A stretch of DNA of 64,000 nucleotides. It comes from Candidatus Coproplasma stercoravium (GTDB lineage Bacteria; Bacillota; Clostridia; Christensenellales; Borkfalkiaceae). Position 1 is the stretch's first letter; each line of letters opens with the position of its first letter. Under the pieces are notes generated by a model that searched no databases, was not told the DNA's origin, and saw nothing but the letters and a program-made list of their open reading frames with translations. Of the stretch, positions 35,280 to 47,375 are shown in pieces. The DNA is taken from contig DVFR01000046.1 of NCBI GenBank assembly GCA_018713165.1, positions 6,637-70,636 on the forward strand, read 5' to 3'. The translations under genes were made by a program, and so were the position numbers.

Positions 35280-35481
35280 AAAACTCCCCCTTTTTCGTTT
35301 AAAAAAGTATGTGCAGAGCGCCCTTTTAATATGCCATAAAATGCCAAAACGCACACCAAAAGTTGACAGCCACTATATAATATGGTATAATATAAAAGAT
35401 AAAATTTGTCATTGATTTATCATTGAAATTTTTGTTTGCGGCTCCCCTTTATGCAACGGGAGCGGGCGTATTTTCTTTGCT

Positions 35482-35514
35482 GAAATTTCCGCCCCAAGAC
35501 GTAAAATTTTGTGA
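35482..35514 (+). repeat. H-type hairpin module, partial
   Basis: gaaatttccgccccaagacgtaaaattttgtga aligns with 1818-1854. Confidence 0.5.
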
Positions 35515-35534
35515 ATATTAAAAAACTATTCTTG

Positions 35535-35616
35535 CCGAGAAAGGGCAAGGCGGAATTTACTTCTGCCGTTAAGCCCTTTCACGACATCATAAAAAAACTC
35601 ACGGCAAAGATTTTTT
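35535..35616 (+). repeat. repeat family V, copy 2
   Basis: ccgagaaagggcaaggcggaatttacttctgccgttaagccctttcacgacatcataaaaaaactcacggcaaagatttttt. Confidence 0.7.
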
Positions 35617-35621
35617 CCACA

Positions 35622-35677
35622 ATCCCTCCGTCACAGGCAAATAATTCGCCGTGCCACCTCCCTTTACACAAGGGAGG
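35622..35677 (-). repeat. repeat family W, copy 4 (opposite orientation)
   Basis: atccctccgtcacaggcaaataattcgccgtgccacctccctttacacaagggagg. Confidence 0.7.
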
Positions 35678-35706
35678 CAGGTCGATTTGCGTGAACGCGG
35701 GGTGCT

Positions 35707-35731
35707 ATTTTAAAGACGTAAAATTTCGTGA
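35707..35731 (+). repeat. H-type module, 3' half, 19 nt before the gyrB ATG
   Basis: attttaaagacgtaaaatttcgtga, then gggtttaaggagg (SD). Confidence 0.5.
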
Positions 35732-37675
<1,944 letters not shown>

Positions 37676-37685
37676 GGAGTGACTT

Positions 37686-40232
37686 ATGGCTAAAAAAGAG
37701 ACCAGCCCCGAGCTTACCGAAGAGTTCAAAAAGACTCTGTCAATGACCAAGATGCTCGACGTGGAGGTGGACGAGGAGTTGAAGCGCTCGTTCATCGCCT
37801 ACGCCATGGCGGTAAACGTATCGCGCGCCATTCCCGACGTGCGCGACGGCTTAAAGCCCGTTCACCGCAGAATACTCTATTCGATGCACGAACTCGGACT
37901 GTATAACGATAAACCTTTCCGAAAATGCGCGCGTATCGTCGGCGACTGCCTCGGTAAATATCACCCCCACGGCGACATTTCGGTGTACGACGCGCTCGTG
38001 CGCCTCGCGCAGGATTTCTCCATAAACTTCCCGCTCATTGAGGGGCACGGCAACTTCGGTTCGGTCGACGGCGACCCTCCCGCGGCAATGAGGTACACCG
38101 AGGCGAGGCTCTCAAAGCTCGCCGCGGAGATGCTGCGCGATTTGGATAAGGAGACGGTAGATTTCTACCCGACCTTCGACGACACGGGCATGCAGCCCTC
38201 CGTTCTTCCCGCGCGCTTCCCCAACATGCTCGTAAACGGCTCCGATGGTATCGCCGTCGGCATGGCTACGAATATTCCGCCCCACAACCTCGGCGAGGTG
38301 ATAGACGGCGTAATCGCCATGATTGAAAAGCCCGACATAGAGGTCGACGAGCTCATGCAGTATATCCCCGCCCCCGACTTCCCCACGGGCGCGATGATAA
38401 TGGGCAGAAGCGGCATACGCAAGGCATACCGCACGGGCCGCGGCAACATAATAATCCGCTCCAAGTGCGAAATAGAGGACTACCAGAGCGGCAACCAGAC
38501 GCGCACGCGCATAATCGTCACCGAAATTCCCTATCAGGTAAACAAGGCGAAACTGATTGAAAATATCGCCGACCTCGTCAAGGATAAAAAGATAGAGGGA
38601 ATCTCCGATATCCGCGAAGAGTCCGACCGCGACGGCATGCGCATCGTCATCGAAATAAAGAAGGACGCCAACGCACAGGTTGTTTTAAACCTTTTATACA
38701 AGCACACCAATCTGCAGGTATCCGACGGCATAATAATGCTCGCCCTTGTCGACGGCACCCCCAAGGTGCTCAACTTAAAGGAGTGCATCTATTACTACCT
38801 CGAACACCAGAAAGACATAATAACCCGCAGAACGAAATTCGACTTAAATAAAACCGAGGAGAGGGCGCACATTTTGCGCGGCCTTGTCATCGCCCAGGCG
38901 AGCATAGACGAAGTAGTCGAAATATGCAAGACGGCGAAGGACAAAAACGACTGCGTGGTAAAGCTGATGGCAAACTTCGTGCTCGACGAGCGCCAGGCAA
39001 ACGCCGTCGCCGAACTCAGGTTGTACAGGCTGTCGCACCTCGAAGTTGATAAGCTCACCGACGAACTGAGCGAGCTGGAGGCGCAGATTGCCGACTTTAA
39101 AGACATTCTCGCCAACGAGAGCAGAGTGCTCGACATAATCAAGGCCGACCTTTTGGATATCAAAAAGAGGTATCCCTCCGAGAGAAAGACGGAGATTGCC
39201 GTAGACTACGGCGAAATCGAGGACGCAGACCTCATTCCCGTGGAAAACGTGGTAATTTCGCTCACCCATTCGGGCTATGTAAAGCGCCTTCCCGTAACCG
39301 AATACAAGGCGCAGCACCGCGGCGGCATGGGCGTCACCGCACATAAGCCGAAGGAAGAGGACTTCGTCGAGCAAATGTTCATCTCGTCCACGCACGACGA
39401 TATCCTGCTGTTCTCCAGCTTCGGCAAGGTGTATTCGATAAAGGGCTACGAAATTCCCGAAGCCGCAAGAACTGCGCGCGGCAGGGCGATAGTAAATATC
39501 GTGCGCATAGCGCAGGACGAAAAGATTACCGCAATGATTCCCTTAAAGGAGGGCGCCGAGGGCTATATAGCCTTTGCAACCCGCCGCGGTCTTATAAAAA
39601 AGACTAAGGTAGAAGAATTTGCGCACATAAACAAGAACGGCAAGATAGCCATAAAGCTCGGCGAGGACGACGAACTTATCTCCGTACAGTTCACGACGGG
39701 CGGCGACGAGCTCATGATAGCCTCGTCCGACGGCAAGTGCATACGCTTCTCCGAAGAGAACGTGCGCGCCATGGGCCGCGATACGGCAGGCGTGAGGGCG
39801 ATGAAACTCGGCGAGGGCGACAGGCTCGTGGATATGCTCGTCGTAGACGAAAACAAGGATATCCTCACAGTAACCTCAAACGGCTACGGCAAGCGCACCT
39901 CCGTCGAAGATTACAGGCTCCAGGGCCGCGCGGGCAAGGGCATAAAGGCAGGCGTGTTCAACGAGGCAACGGGCAAGCTCGTAAACATGAAGCAGGTAAC
40001 CGCAGACGACGACGTAATGATTATCTCCGACGCGGGCGTAATAATAAGAATGCACTGCTCGGATATCTCCCGCATAGGCAGGGCGACGCGCGGCGTCCGC
40101 CTCATGAAGCTCAAAGAGGGCTCTGTTGCGACAGTCGCCGTAACCGAAAAGGACGAGGAGGCGGAGGTGGCAGCTCCCGAAGAGACCGCCGCCGACGTGG
40201 AACCCGTTCCCGAGGAAAACGGCGAGGAGTAA
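37686..40232 (+). CDS. gyrA: DNA gyrase subunit A
   Basis: 848 aa. Contains [12 protein letters not shown] and AAMRYTE (the catalytic Tyr region), a beta-pinwheel C-terminal domain and an acidic tail. Confidence 0.95.
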   Translation: MAKKETSPELTEEFKKTLSMTKMLDVEVDEELKRSFIAYAMAVNVSRAIPDVRDGLKPVHRRILYSMHELGLYNDKPFRKCARIVGDCLGKYHPHGDISVYDALVRLAQDFSINFPLIEGHGNFGSVDGDPPAAMRYTEARLSKLAAEMLRDLDKETVDFYPTFDDTGMQPSVLPARFPNMLVNGSDGIAVGMATNIPPHNLGEVIDGVIAMIEKPDIEVDELMQYIPAPDFPTGAMIMGRSGIRKAYRTGRGNIIIRSKCEIEDYQSGNQTRTRIIVTEIPYQVNKAKLIENIADLVKDKKIEGISDIREESDRDGMRIVIEIKKDANAQVVLNLLYKHTNLQVSDGIIMLALVDGTPKVLNLKECIYYYLEHQKDIITRRTKFDLNKTEERAHILRGLVIAQASIDEVVEICKTAKDKNDCVVKLMANFVLDERQANAVAELRLYRLSHLEVDKLTDELSELEAQIADFKDILANESRVLDIIKADLLDIKKRYPSERKTEIAVDYGEIEDADLIPVENVVISLTHSGYVKRLPVTEYKAQHRGGMGVTAHKPKEEDFVEQMFISSTHDDILLFSSFGKVYSIKGYEIPEAARTARGRAIVNIVRIAQDEKITAMIPLKEGAEGYIAFATRRGLIKKTKVEEFAHINKNGKIAIKLGEDDELISVQFTTGGDELMIASSDGKCIRFSEENVRAMGRDTAGVRAMKLGEGDRLVDMLVVDENKDILTVTSNGYGKRTSVEDYRLQGRAGKGIKAGVFNEATGKLVNMKQVTADDDVMIISDAGVIIRMHCSDISRIGRATRGVRLMKLKEGSVATVAVTEKDEEAEVAAPEETAADVEPVPEENGEE

Positions 40233-40265
40233 TGCCTGAAAAAATCAAAACTTAAAATCTTAATA

Positions 40266-40318
40266 AAAGTGCAGCGCCGCCGCGGAATATCCGCGGCGGC
40301 GCTGCACTTTTGCTTTTT
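40266..40318. terminator. bidirectional terminator between gyrA (+) and the P-type ATPase (-)
   Basis: A stem of about 21 bp AAAGTGCAGCGCCGCCGCGGA-ata-TCCGCGGCGGCGCTGCACTTT followed by tgcttttt. Confidence 0.8.
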
Positions 40319-40366
40319 AAACAAGGCTTTGTTTTGGCGCAGCCTTTATATTCTTGCAAATGGTTT

Positions 40367-43099
40367 TTATCTCGTCTGAACCTGTTTTTGCTGTTGCTTT
40401 TTTGCGTTGCCGGTCGACGACGGCAGTATTATCTCCATAATCTTTATCAGCGCGGAGGAGAGGGGGAACGCCGCCTCTAGAGCAACAACTATGACGAGTA
40501 TCTTTGCGTAGTCCCAATCGAGTTTATCCCAGCCCGAATAAAGGAATCCCGCAAGCGGTTCGACGGCAAAGCAGACGATGGCTACCGCCACCATGGTGAC
40601 AAACAGAACAAGCCTGTATGCGTTGAATGGCAGACACACGCGGTACAGCATTACAAGTCCGCTGAACGTCAGCGCTATCATGCACATTGCATTCATGTAT
40701 TGCCCGAATTCATCCTCAAACGCCGTTCCGACGATATACATCGACATAACGCATAAAATCATCAGCACGCCGCCCGCAACTGCACGACTCATGACGTGGG
40801 TTATAAACTTGCCCTGCACGCGCGCGTTGTTCGGCTGCAATGAGAGGAAGAAGGAGGGTACGCCAATCACGCACACTTCCAGAAGGAGCACGTTCGAAGG
40901 CATGAACAGGTACGCCTTTCCCATAAATATGCACAAAGCCGCAAGTATGGTTGTGAACAGTGTTTTCATGAGATACAGCGACGATGAATTTTTAATGTTA
41001 TTTATAACGCGCCTGCCCTCTGCCACAATCTTCGGCATAGAGTTGAAGTTGTTGTCCATTAAAACGAGGTGGCTCACGTTTCTCGCCGCCTCGCTGCCCG
41101 AGGCAACCGATATAGCGCAGTCGGCCTCCTTTAAGGCGAGTATGTCGTTCACGCCGTCGCCCGTCATCGCAACGGTGTTTCCCTCCGACTTTATCGCCCG
41201 TACGAGTATTGCCTTCTGTTCGGGCGTAACCCTGCCGAACACTGTGTATTTGTTCGCCACGTTTTCGACTTCCTTGTCGTTAAGTCCCTCGAGCGAGATG
41301 AACTTTTCTGCGCCCTCTATTCCTGCGCGGCGCGCCACTTCCGAAACGGTTACGGGGTTGTCGCCCGAAATAACTTTTACGGCCACGTCGTTTTCCCTGA
41401 ACCATTTTATGGTTGAAATGGCGTCCTCGCGTATGTTGTCGGCAATGGAAATTATAGCCACAGGCCTCATAATCGCCGGCAGTTTGTCGCCGACGATGGG
41501 GGCGGAGGAGTGCGCAAGCACTAAAACTCGCATGCCCATCTGCGCATATTGCTTTATAATTCTTTCAACTTTTGCGGGCAGAGGCTTTAAAACAAACTCC
41601 GGCGCGCCGTAGGCAAACGTGCCCGCCTCGTCGAACGTCACCGCCGAAAGTTTTCTCTTCGAAGAGAAGGGGATAATCGTCGTCGGAGAAAGCTTGTCGC
41701 TGTGCCCGAAGTGGTTGTAAAGCGCTATCGAAGTCTGGTTGTTGTCCTCGAGCGCGGCGAGCATTGACCCCATAATATCATCGAGCGAATAGTCTGCAAC
41801 GGTGTTTAATATTATGCAGTCGCTCACCTTCATTCTGCCGTCGGTTATCGTGCCCGTTTTATCCAGGCACAAAACGTTTACGCGCGCCAGCATCTCCAGC
41901 GAATACAAATCCTGCACCAGCGTGTTGTGCTTTGCAAGGCGTATTACGCCGACGGCGAGCGCCATTGAAGTGAGCAGGAGCATTCCCGAGGGAATCATTC
42001 CTATAATAACCGTGCACGTGCGCTGTATCGCGTAATTTATGCGCACCGAAAATATCCATTCGTGTATGTTTTCCGAACCCTGTATGCCGGGGTAATATGC
42101 ATTGTAGGTCGTAAAGAAAATACCTATGGCAATGGGAATGATAAGCACGCCGATAACCTTTATTATCCATTTCGTGCTGTTCATAAGTTCGGAGTTGGGG
42201 CGCCTGTATTTTTTCGCCTTAGAAGTAAGCTTCTGAAGATATGTCTCTTTTCCGACCTTTTCCACGCGGAACTTGCCGCTGCCGCTGGAAATAAAGCTGC
42301 CTGCATACAGTATGTCGCCGACGTTCTTTTTAACGGATATGCTCTCGCCCGTAAGCAACGATTCGTTGACTTCCACGCTGCCCTCTGCAAGTATGCAGTC
42401 GGCGGGAACCTGGTTGCCGAGTTCGAGTATAATCACGTCGTCGAGAACTATCTCCGAGAGCGGTATTTCGACGATTTCCCCGTCGCGGACGACTTTGGCC
42501 GTGTTCGCCGCCATTATCGAAAGTCTGTCGATTGAGAGTTTGGAGCGTATCTCCTGAATTATGCCTATAACGATATTCGCCGTCGTAATAAAAATTACGA
42601 GGTAGTTAGATATTCCCGTCGTATTGGCAAGTATCAGCGCGATAAAGGCTATCAGGCAGAGCAGGTTGAAAAACGTGCAGATGTTTCCGACGAAGATGCT
42701 CGCGTACGACTTTGAGTATTTTTTATTGGTGTCGTTGAACAGAAACTGCGAAAATCTCGTCTGCACCTGCGCCGTGTTCAGACCCTCTTTCAGGTCGGGC
42801 GAATAGCGCTCCACGTGCGTGTTTATCTTATTTTTCGGGTGGCGGCGGAAGTATTTGACAATCTTATCCTTGTCAAACTCGCCGTCTTCCGCGGGGGATG
42901 CCGCGCCGCCCGCTCTGCCTGCGGGCAGCTCTGCGGCAGAACGCTCCGCGCTCTCCGCATTTGCGGCGTTTTCCGCTTCGTCGGCGGCGTTGTTTTCGGG
43001 CTCTCCGCTCTGCGCGCTCTCTGCTGCGGCGGCCTCTTCTTCGGCTTCCCTGTCGGTCAGCGTCCGCGCCGTACCCTTTTTATAAAAGAATTTGCTCAT
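40367..43099 (-). CDS. cation-translocating P-type ATPase with an acidic/Ala-rich N-terminal extension
   Basis: 910 aa. Contains TGES, DKTGTIT, MTGDGVNDILAL and about 10 TM segments. Confidence 0.85.
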   Translation of the reverse strand: MSKFFYKKGTARTLTDREAEEEAAAAESAQSGEPENNAADEAENAANAESAERSAAELPAGRAGGAASPAEDGEFDKDKIVKYFRRHPKNKINTHVERYSPDLKEGLNTAQVQTRFSQFLFNDTNKKYSKSYASIFVGNICTFFNLLCLIAFIALILANTTGISNYLVIFITTANIVIGIIQEIRSKLSIDRLSIMAANTAKVVRDGEIVEIPLSEIVLDDVIILELGNQVPADCILAEGSVEVNESLLTGESISVKKNVGDILYAGSFISSGSGKFRVEKVGKETYLQKLTSKAKKYRRPNSELMNSTKWIIKVIGVLIIPIAIGIFFTTYNAYYPGIQGSENIHEWIFSVRINYAIQRTCTVIIGMIPSGMLLLTSMALAVGVIRLAKHNTLVQDLYSLEMLARVNVLCLDKTGTITDGRMKVSDCIILNTVADYSLDDIMGSMLAALEDNNQTSIALYNHFGHSDKLSPTTIIPFSSKRKLSAVTFDEAGTFAYGAPEFVLKPLPAKVERIIKQYAQMGMRVLVLAHSSAPIVGDKLPAIMRPVAIISIADNIREDAISTIKWFRENDVAVKVISGDNPVTVSEVARRAGIEGAEKFISLEGLNDKEVENVANKYTVFGRVTPEQKAILVRAIKSEGNTVAMTGDGVNDILALKEADCAISVASGSEAARNVSHLVLMDNNFNSMPKIVAEGRRVINNIKNSSSLYLMKTLFTTILAALCIFMGKAYLFMPSNVLLLEVCVIGVPSFFLSLQPNNARVQGKFITHVMSRAVAGGVLMILCVMSMYIVGTAFEDEFGQYMNAMCMIALTFSGLVMLYRVCLPFNAYRLVLFVTMVAVAIVCFAVEPLAGFLYSGWDKLDWDYAKILVIVVALEAAFPLSSALIKIMEIILPSSTGNAKKQQQKQVQTR

Positions 43100-43212
43100 A
43101 TCGTTCCTTAACCGGGTCAGATTAAACCTGACCTGATTTAAAAAGTACTGTTAAAAGTATAACACACCGCGCATTTTTTTTCAACATAATAGCGCGTGTT
43201 CGGCAATTTTAA

Positions 43213-43241
43213 TTGCTTTTGCCTTTTTTTTGGTTTATAAT
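43213..43241 (+). promoter_or_regulatory. sigma-A-type promoter candidate for serS
   Basis: TTGCTT, 17 nt, TATAAT, lying 56 nt before the ATG. Confidence 0.5.
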
Positions 43242-43297
43242 TTAAGCATAATTTTTCATACAGCAAATTTACAGCAGGTTTGCAGGAGAATTTTACC

Positions 43298-44590
43298 ATG
43301 ATAGACATCAACCTCATAAGGGAAAATCCCGACCTCGTAAGAGAGAATATAAAAAAGAAGTTCCAGGATAAAAAGCTTCCGCTCGTCGACGAAGTGCTTT
43401 CGCTCGACAGCGAAAAACGCGCGCTCCAGCGCGAGGGCGACGAGAGGCGCGCAAAGCGCAATTCTCTTTCGAAGAGTATAGGCGCTCTGATGAAGGAGGG
43501 GAAAAAGGAAGAGGCGGAAAAGGTTAAGGAAGAGGTAAAGGAAAATAACGACCGCATATCCGCGATTGAGGCGCGCCAGAGCGAGATTGAGGCGCAGCTC
43601 AAAAAGGATATGATGGCCATTCCCAACATAATTGCCGACGACGTGCCGCTCGGCAAAGACGACAGCGAAAACGTGCAATGGAACACCTATCTTGAGGCGA
43701 AGGAAAAGCCCTTTGAAGTTCCCTACCATGTAGATATTTTGGAGCGCCTCGGCGGAATCGATTTAGACAGCGCAAGGCGCACTTCGGGCAACGGCTTTTA
43801 CTATCTCACAGGCGATGTGGCGCGCCTTCACTCCGCCGTGCTCACCTACGCCCGCGACTTTATGATTGACAAGGGCTTCACCTACGTCATTCCTCCGTTC
43901 ATGATTCGCAGCGACGTCGTTTCGGGCGTTATGAGCTTTGAAGAGATGGACGGCATGATGTATAAGATAGAGGGCGAAGATTTGTACCTTATCGGCACTT
44001 CCGAGCACTCTATGATAGGCCGCTTCATGAACACCGTTATAGACGAGAGCAAGCTTCCCTTAACGCTCACGTCCTATTCGCCCTGCTTCCGCAAAGAAAA
44101 GGGCGCGCACGGCATAGAGGAGCGCGGCATATACCGTATTCACCAGTTTGAAAAGCAGGAGATGATAGTCGTCTGCAAACCCGAAGAGAGCGACTACTGG
44201 TACGAAAAACTCTGGTCGTACACCGTCGAACTCTTCGTATCCATGCAGATACCCGTGCGCACGCTCGTGTGCTGCTCGGGCGATTTGGCAGACCTCAAAT
44301 ACAGAAGTCTGGACGTAGAGGCGTGGAGTCCCCGCCAGAAGAAATATTTCGAGGTGGGCAGCTGTTCCAACCTCACCGACGCGCAGGCAAGGCGTCTCGG
44401 CATAAAGTTCAAAAATTCCCAAACGGGCAAAAACGAATTTGCCCACACGCTCAACAACACCGTCGTGGCTCCCCCCAGAATGCTCATCGCCTTCCTCGAA
44501 AATCATCTTCAGGAGGACGGCAGCGTGTTCATTCCCGAGGTGCTCCGCAAGTACATGGGCGGCAAGGACAAAATCGTTCCCGTAAAGTAA
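43298..44590 (+). CDS. serS: serine--tRNA ligase
   Basis: I take the ATG at 43298 (MIDINLIRENPDLV) as the start. It has a coiled-coil arm and class II motifs (FRKEKGAHG, YRIHQFEKQE). Confidence 0.95.
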   Translation: MIDINLIRENPDLVRENIKKKFQDKKLPLVDEVLSLDSEKRALQREGDERRAKRNSLSKSIGALMKEGKKEEAEKVKEEVKENNDRISAIEARQSEIEAQLKKDMMAIPNIIADDVPLGKDDSENVQWNTYLEAKEKPFEVPYHVDILERLGGIDLDSARRTSGNGFYYLTGDVARLHSAVLTYARDFMIDKGFTYVIPPFMIRSDVVSGVMSFEEMDGMMYKIEGEDLYLIGTSEHSMIGRFMNTVIDESKLPLTLTSYSPCFRKEKGAHGIEERGIYRIHQFEKQEMIVVCKPEESDYWYEKLWSYTVELFVSMQIPVRTLVCCSGDLADLKYRSLDVEAWSPRQKKYFEVGSCSNLTDAQARRLGIKFKNSQTGKNEFAHTLNNTVVAPPRMLIAFLENHLQEDGSVFIPEVLRKYMGGKDKIVPVK

Positions 44591-44602
44591 TTATTTGCTT
44601 CG

Positions 44603-44829
44603 CAATACCAACACTCTTGCCCCCTTGTGTAAAGAGGGGAATTAACAATACCAACACTCTTGCCCCCTTGTGTAAAGAGGGGAATTAACAATACCAACAC
44701 TCTTGCCCCCTTGTGTAAAGGGGGAATTAATAATACCAACACTCTTGCCCCCCTTGTGTAAAGGGGGAATTAATAATACCAACACTCTTGCCCCCCTTGT
44801 GTAAAGGGGGGAATTAAAGGGGGGATTGT
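44603..44829 (+). repeat. tandem array of 5 units of 42-43 bp with the same CCCCTT-gtgta-AAGGGG hairpin core
   Basis: Units start at 44603, 44646, 44689, 44731 and 44774. The linker is aattaa(c/t)aataccaacactctt. The last ~40 nt match 5300-5339. Confidence 0.9.
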
Positions 44830-44868
44830 ATATGGCATAGCCATTTTTATTCCCCAACCATTAAACTT

Positions 44869-45333
44869 ATGACCGTTCGTAAAGCAGAAAATAAGGATAT
44901 CCCCACGATAATAGACCTCTTAAAGCAGGTAAACGCCGTTCATGCCGAGGCGCGGCCCGACCTCTTTAAACTTGCCACAAAGTATTCGGAGGAAGAGGTA
45001 AAGGGACTTATTTCGGATGAAAACACCCCGATATTTGTCGCCGACGATGGCGGCAAGGTGCTGGGCTACGCCATGTGCAAGCTCATCGTGCACAGCGGCG
45101 AGAGCATTATGCAGGACATGAAGTCGCTGTATATCGACGATATCTGCGTGGACGAAAGCGCCCGCGGCAAACACGTCGGCACACAGATATATGACCATGT
45201 GCTCGCCTTTGCAAGGGATATCGGCTGTTACAACATAACGCTTAACGTATGGGCGTGCAACCCCGCGGCCGGGGCCTTCTATAAAAAGCTGGGACTGATT
45301 CCCCAAAAAACTACAATGGAAAAAATACTTTGA
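44869..45333 (+). CDS. GNAT-family N-acetyltransferase
   Basis: 154 aa. Acetyl-CoA site RGKHVGTQIY and a C-terminal FYKKLG. Confidence 0.8.
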   Translation: MTVRKAENKDIPTIIDLLKQVNAVHAEARPDLFKLATKYSEEEVKGLISDENTPIFVADDGGKVLGYAMCKLIVHSGESIMQDMKSLYIDDICVDESARGKHVGTQIYDHVLAFARDIGCYNITLNVWACNPAAGAFYKKLGLIPQKTTMEKIL

Positions 45334-45404
45334 TATTTTGGCGGCAATTTCAGCTTTCGGTCTTAAATTGCCGCCTTAAATTTTATTTGCGACGAGGCAA
45401 AATA

Positions 45405-46268
45405 ATGAGCGTTTTAAAGATAGCCCTTCTCCAGATATCGCCGTGCGGCGATGAGCGGCAAAATGCAATAAAGGGTGAAAAATATTGCAGAATGGCCAAA
45501 GAGCTGGGCGCTGATATCGCCCTCTTTCCCGAAATGTTCAGTTGCGGCTACAATATTGCATATACCCCGCGCGAAGAGTGGAAGGCCGTCGCGGAGGGCG
45601 GGCAGTTTTTACAAACTTTCTCCGCCCTTGCGGCAGAGCTTGAAATGGCGATAGGAATAACCTTTCTGGAAAACGCCGGCGGAGAATTTGCAAATACTTT
45701 CGCCCTTTACGACCGCTTCGGCAAACCGGCGCTGAGATACCGCAAGGCGCATACCTGCGATTTTGACGTCGAGCGCAATCTCGTCCGCGGCGAAGGGTTT
45801 GAAGTGTGCGACCTCGATACTGCGGCAGGCAAAATAAAAACAGGCGCAATGATATGTTTAGACAGGGAATTCCCCGAAAGCGCCCGCGTTTTAATGCTCC
45901 GCGGCGCAGAACTCATTCTCGTGCCCAACGCCTGCCCCATGGAGATAAACAGGCTTTCGCAGCTGCGCGCCCGCGCGTTTGAAAACATGACGGCAATCGC
46001 CACCTGCAACTATCCCTCGGGCGTGCCCGACTGCAACGGGCATTCCACCGTGTTCGACGGAATTGCCTGGCGCGACGAGGGCGATATGTGCATACTCGAA
46101 GCGGGGGAAGAGGAGGGCGTGTTCTGCGCGGCACTCGATATCGGCAAACTCCGCGCATACAGGGAGGAGGAAGTGCACGGCGACGCCTACCGCCGCCCGA
46201 AACTCTATTCGGATATCGTCGGAACAAAAACAGAGGCGCCGTTTGTGCGGGGCGACGCGCGCAGATAA
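45405..46268 (+). CDS. carbon-nitrogen hydrolase (nitrilase superfamily)
   Basis: I take the ATG at 45405 (MSVLKIALLQISP) as the start. The motifs FPE, RKAH and ICLDREFPE contain the catalytic E, K and C residues. Confidence 0.8.
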   Translation: MSVLKIALLQISPCGDERQNAIKGEKYCRMAKELGADIALFPEMFSCGYNIAYTPREEWKAVAEGGQFLQTFSALAAELEMAIGITFLENAGGEFANTFALYDRFGKPALRYRKAHTCDFDVERNLVRGEGFEVCDLDTAAGKIKTGAMICLDREFPESARVLMLRGAELILVPNACPMEINRLSQLRARAFENMTAIATCNYPSGVPDCNGHSTVFDGIAWRDEGDMCILEAGEEEGVFCAALDIGKLRAYREEEVHGDAYRRPKLYSDIVGTKTEAPFVRGDARR

Positions 46269-46311
46269 GAGACGCGCGCAAGGCGGGTAATTGCCGGAAA
46301 TATTAAAAATT

Positions 46312-46342
46312 TAAAGGCGCACATGCGGTGCGCCTTTATTTA
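46312..46342 (+). terminator. intrinsic terminator after the C-N hydrolase gene
   Basis: AAAGGCGCAC-atgc-GGTGCGCCTTT followed by attt. Confidence 0.6.
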
Positions 46343-46421
46343 ATTGTTGATATTTTTGCGGGCTTATGCTATAATTGAATGGTATTCATGCATTTTTAAG
46401 GATAAACTGATATATCAAAAT

Positions 46422-47375
46422 ATGAATTTGGTTTTTTTCGACATAGAATGTGCCAGCGTGTATAAAACATCGGCAAAAATCTGCGCGTTCGGCTACGTCG
46501 TCTGCGACGAAAAGTTCAACATAATCGAAAAGGAAGATATCTTAATAAACCCCAAGGGCGCCTTTCACCTCACCGATTCGAAGGGCGAACACGGACTCGT
46601 GCTTCCCTATAAGTATGCCGACTTCAAAAAATATCCCGATTTCCGCGCGGTGTATCCCAGGATTAAATCTCTGCTCGAAGATAAGAACAACATAATAGCC
46701 GGTCACGCTACATATAACGACGTGAACTATCTCAATCTGGAAACGCGCCGCTTTTCGCTCCCCTCGTTTTGCTTCGAATTTTCCGATACCCAGCTTTTAT
46801 ATATGTCAATGACGGGCGGCTACTCCCGTCAGTACGGCCTGGAATATATCACGCGCGAACTCGGCGTCGATTTTACTCCTCACCGCGCCGCCGACGACGC
46901 ATACGCGACGATGAGGGTGGCGGAGGCAATGTGCCGCGCAAAGGAGTGCGACTTTATCGGGCTGGAACGCTCTTTAAATCTTACGCGCGGAAAGATAGAT
47001 AATTACTCAATCGAAAAGCCCCGCACCGCAGGTTACAGCCAGTATGCCGAAAGCCGCCGCGCGGCAAAGGAGGAGCGCTCCCGCGCAAGGCGCGATTTTT
47101 ACGTTTACCTCTCCCGCAAAAAGCGCCGCCAGGAGGGCAGGCTCAAGGGCAAAATCTTCAACTTCGCGCGATGCATAGAGGACGACCTTGCCGTATCGCT
47201 GCCATATCTCGACAAAATATACGAGGCGGGCGGCGAATACACGCAGAAACTCGCGCAGTGCAACGTATATGCCGCACCGCAGGGCGACAGTTCCACCCGT
47301 ACCCGCTCTGCCCTTGCAAAAGAGGGGCTGTATATTGTGACGATGGAAGAGTTAGAGGATATTTTAAGTGAATAA
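46422..47375 (+). CDS. DEDDh-type 3'-5' exonuclease domain protein
   Basis: I take the ATG at 46422 (MNLVFFDIECAS) as the start. It also has GHATYNDVNYL and HRAADDAYAT (Exo I-III-like motifs). Confidence 0.65.
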   Translation: MNLVFFDIECASVYKTSAKICAFGYVVCDEKFNIIEKEDILINPKGAFHLTDSKGEHGLVLPYKYADFKKYPDFRAVYPRIKSLLEDKNNIIAGHATYNDVNYLNLETRRFSLPSFCFEFSDTQLLYMSMTGGYSRQYGLEYITRELGVDFTPHRAADDAYATMRVAEAMCRAKECDFIGLERSLNLTRGKIDNYSIEKPRTAGYSQYAESRRAAKEERSRARRDFYVYLSRKKRRQEGRLKGKIFNFARCIEDDLAVSLPYLDKIYEAGGEYTQKLAQCNVYAAPQGDSSTRTRSALAKEGLYIVTMEELEDILSE

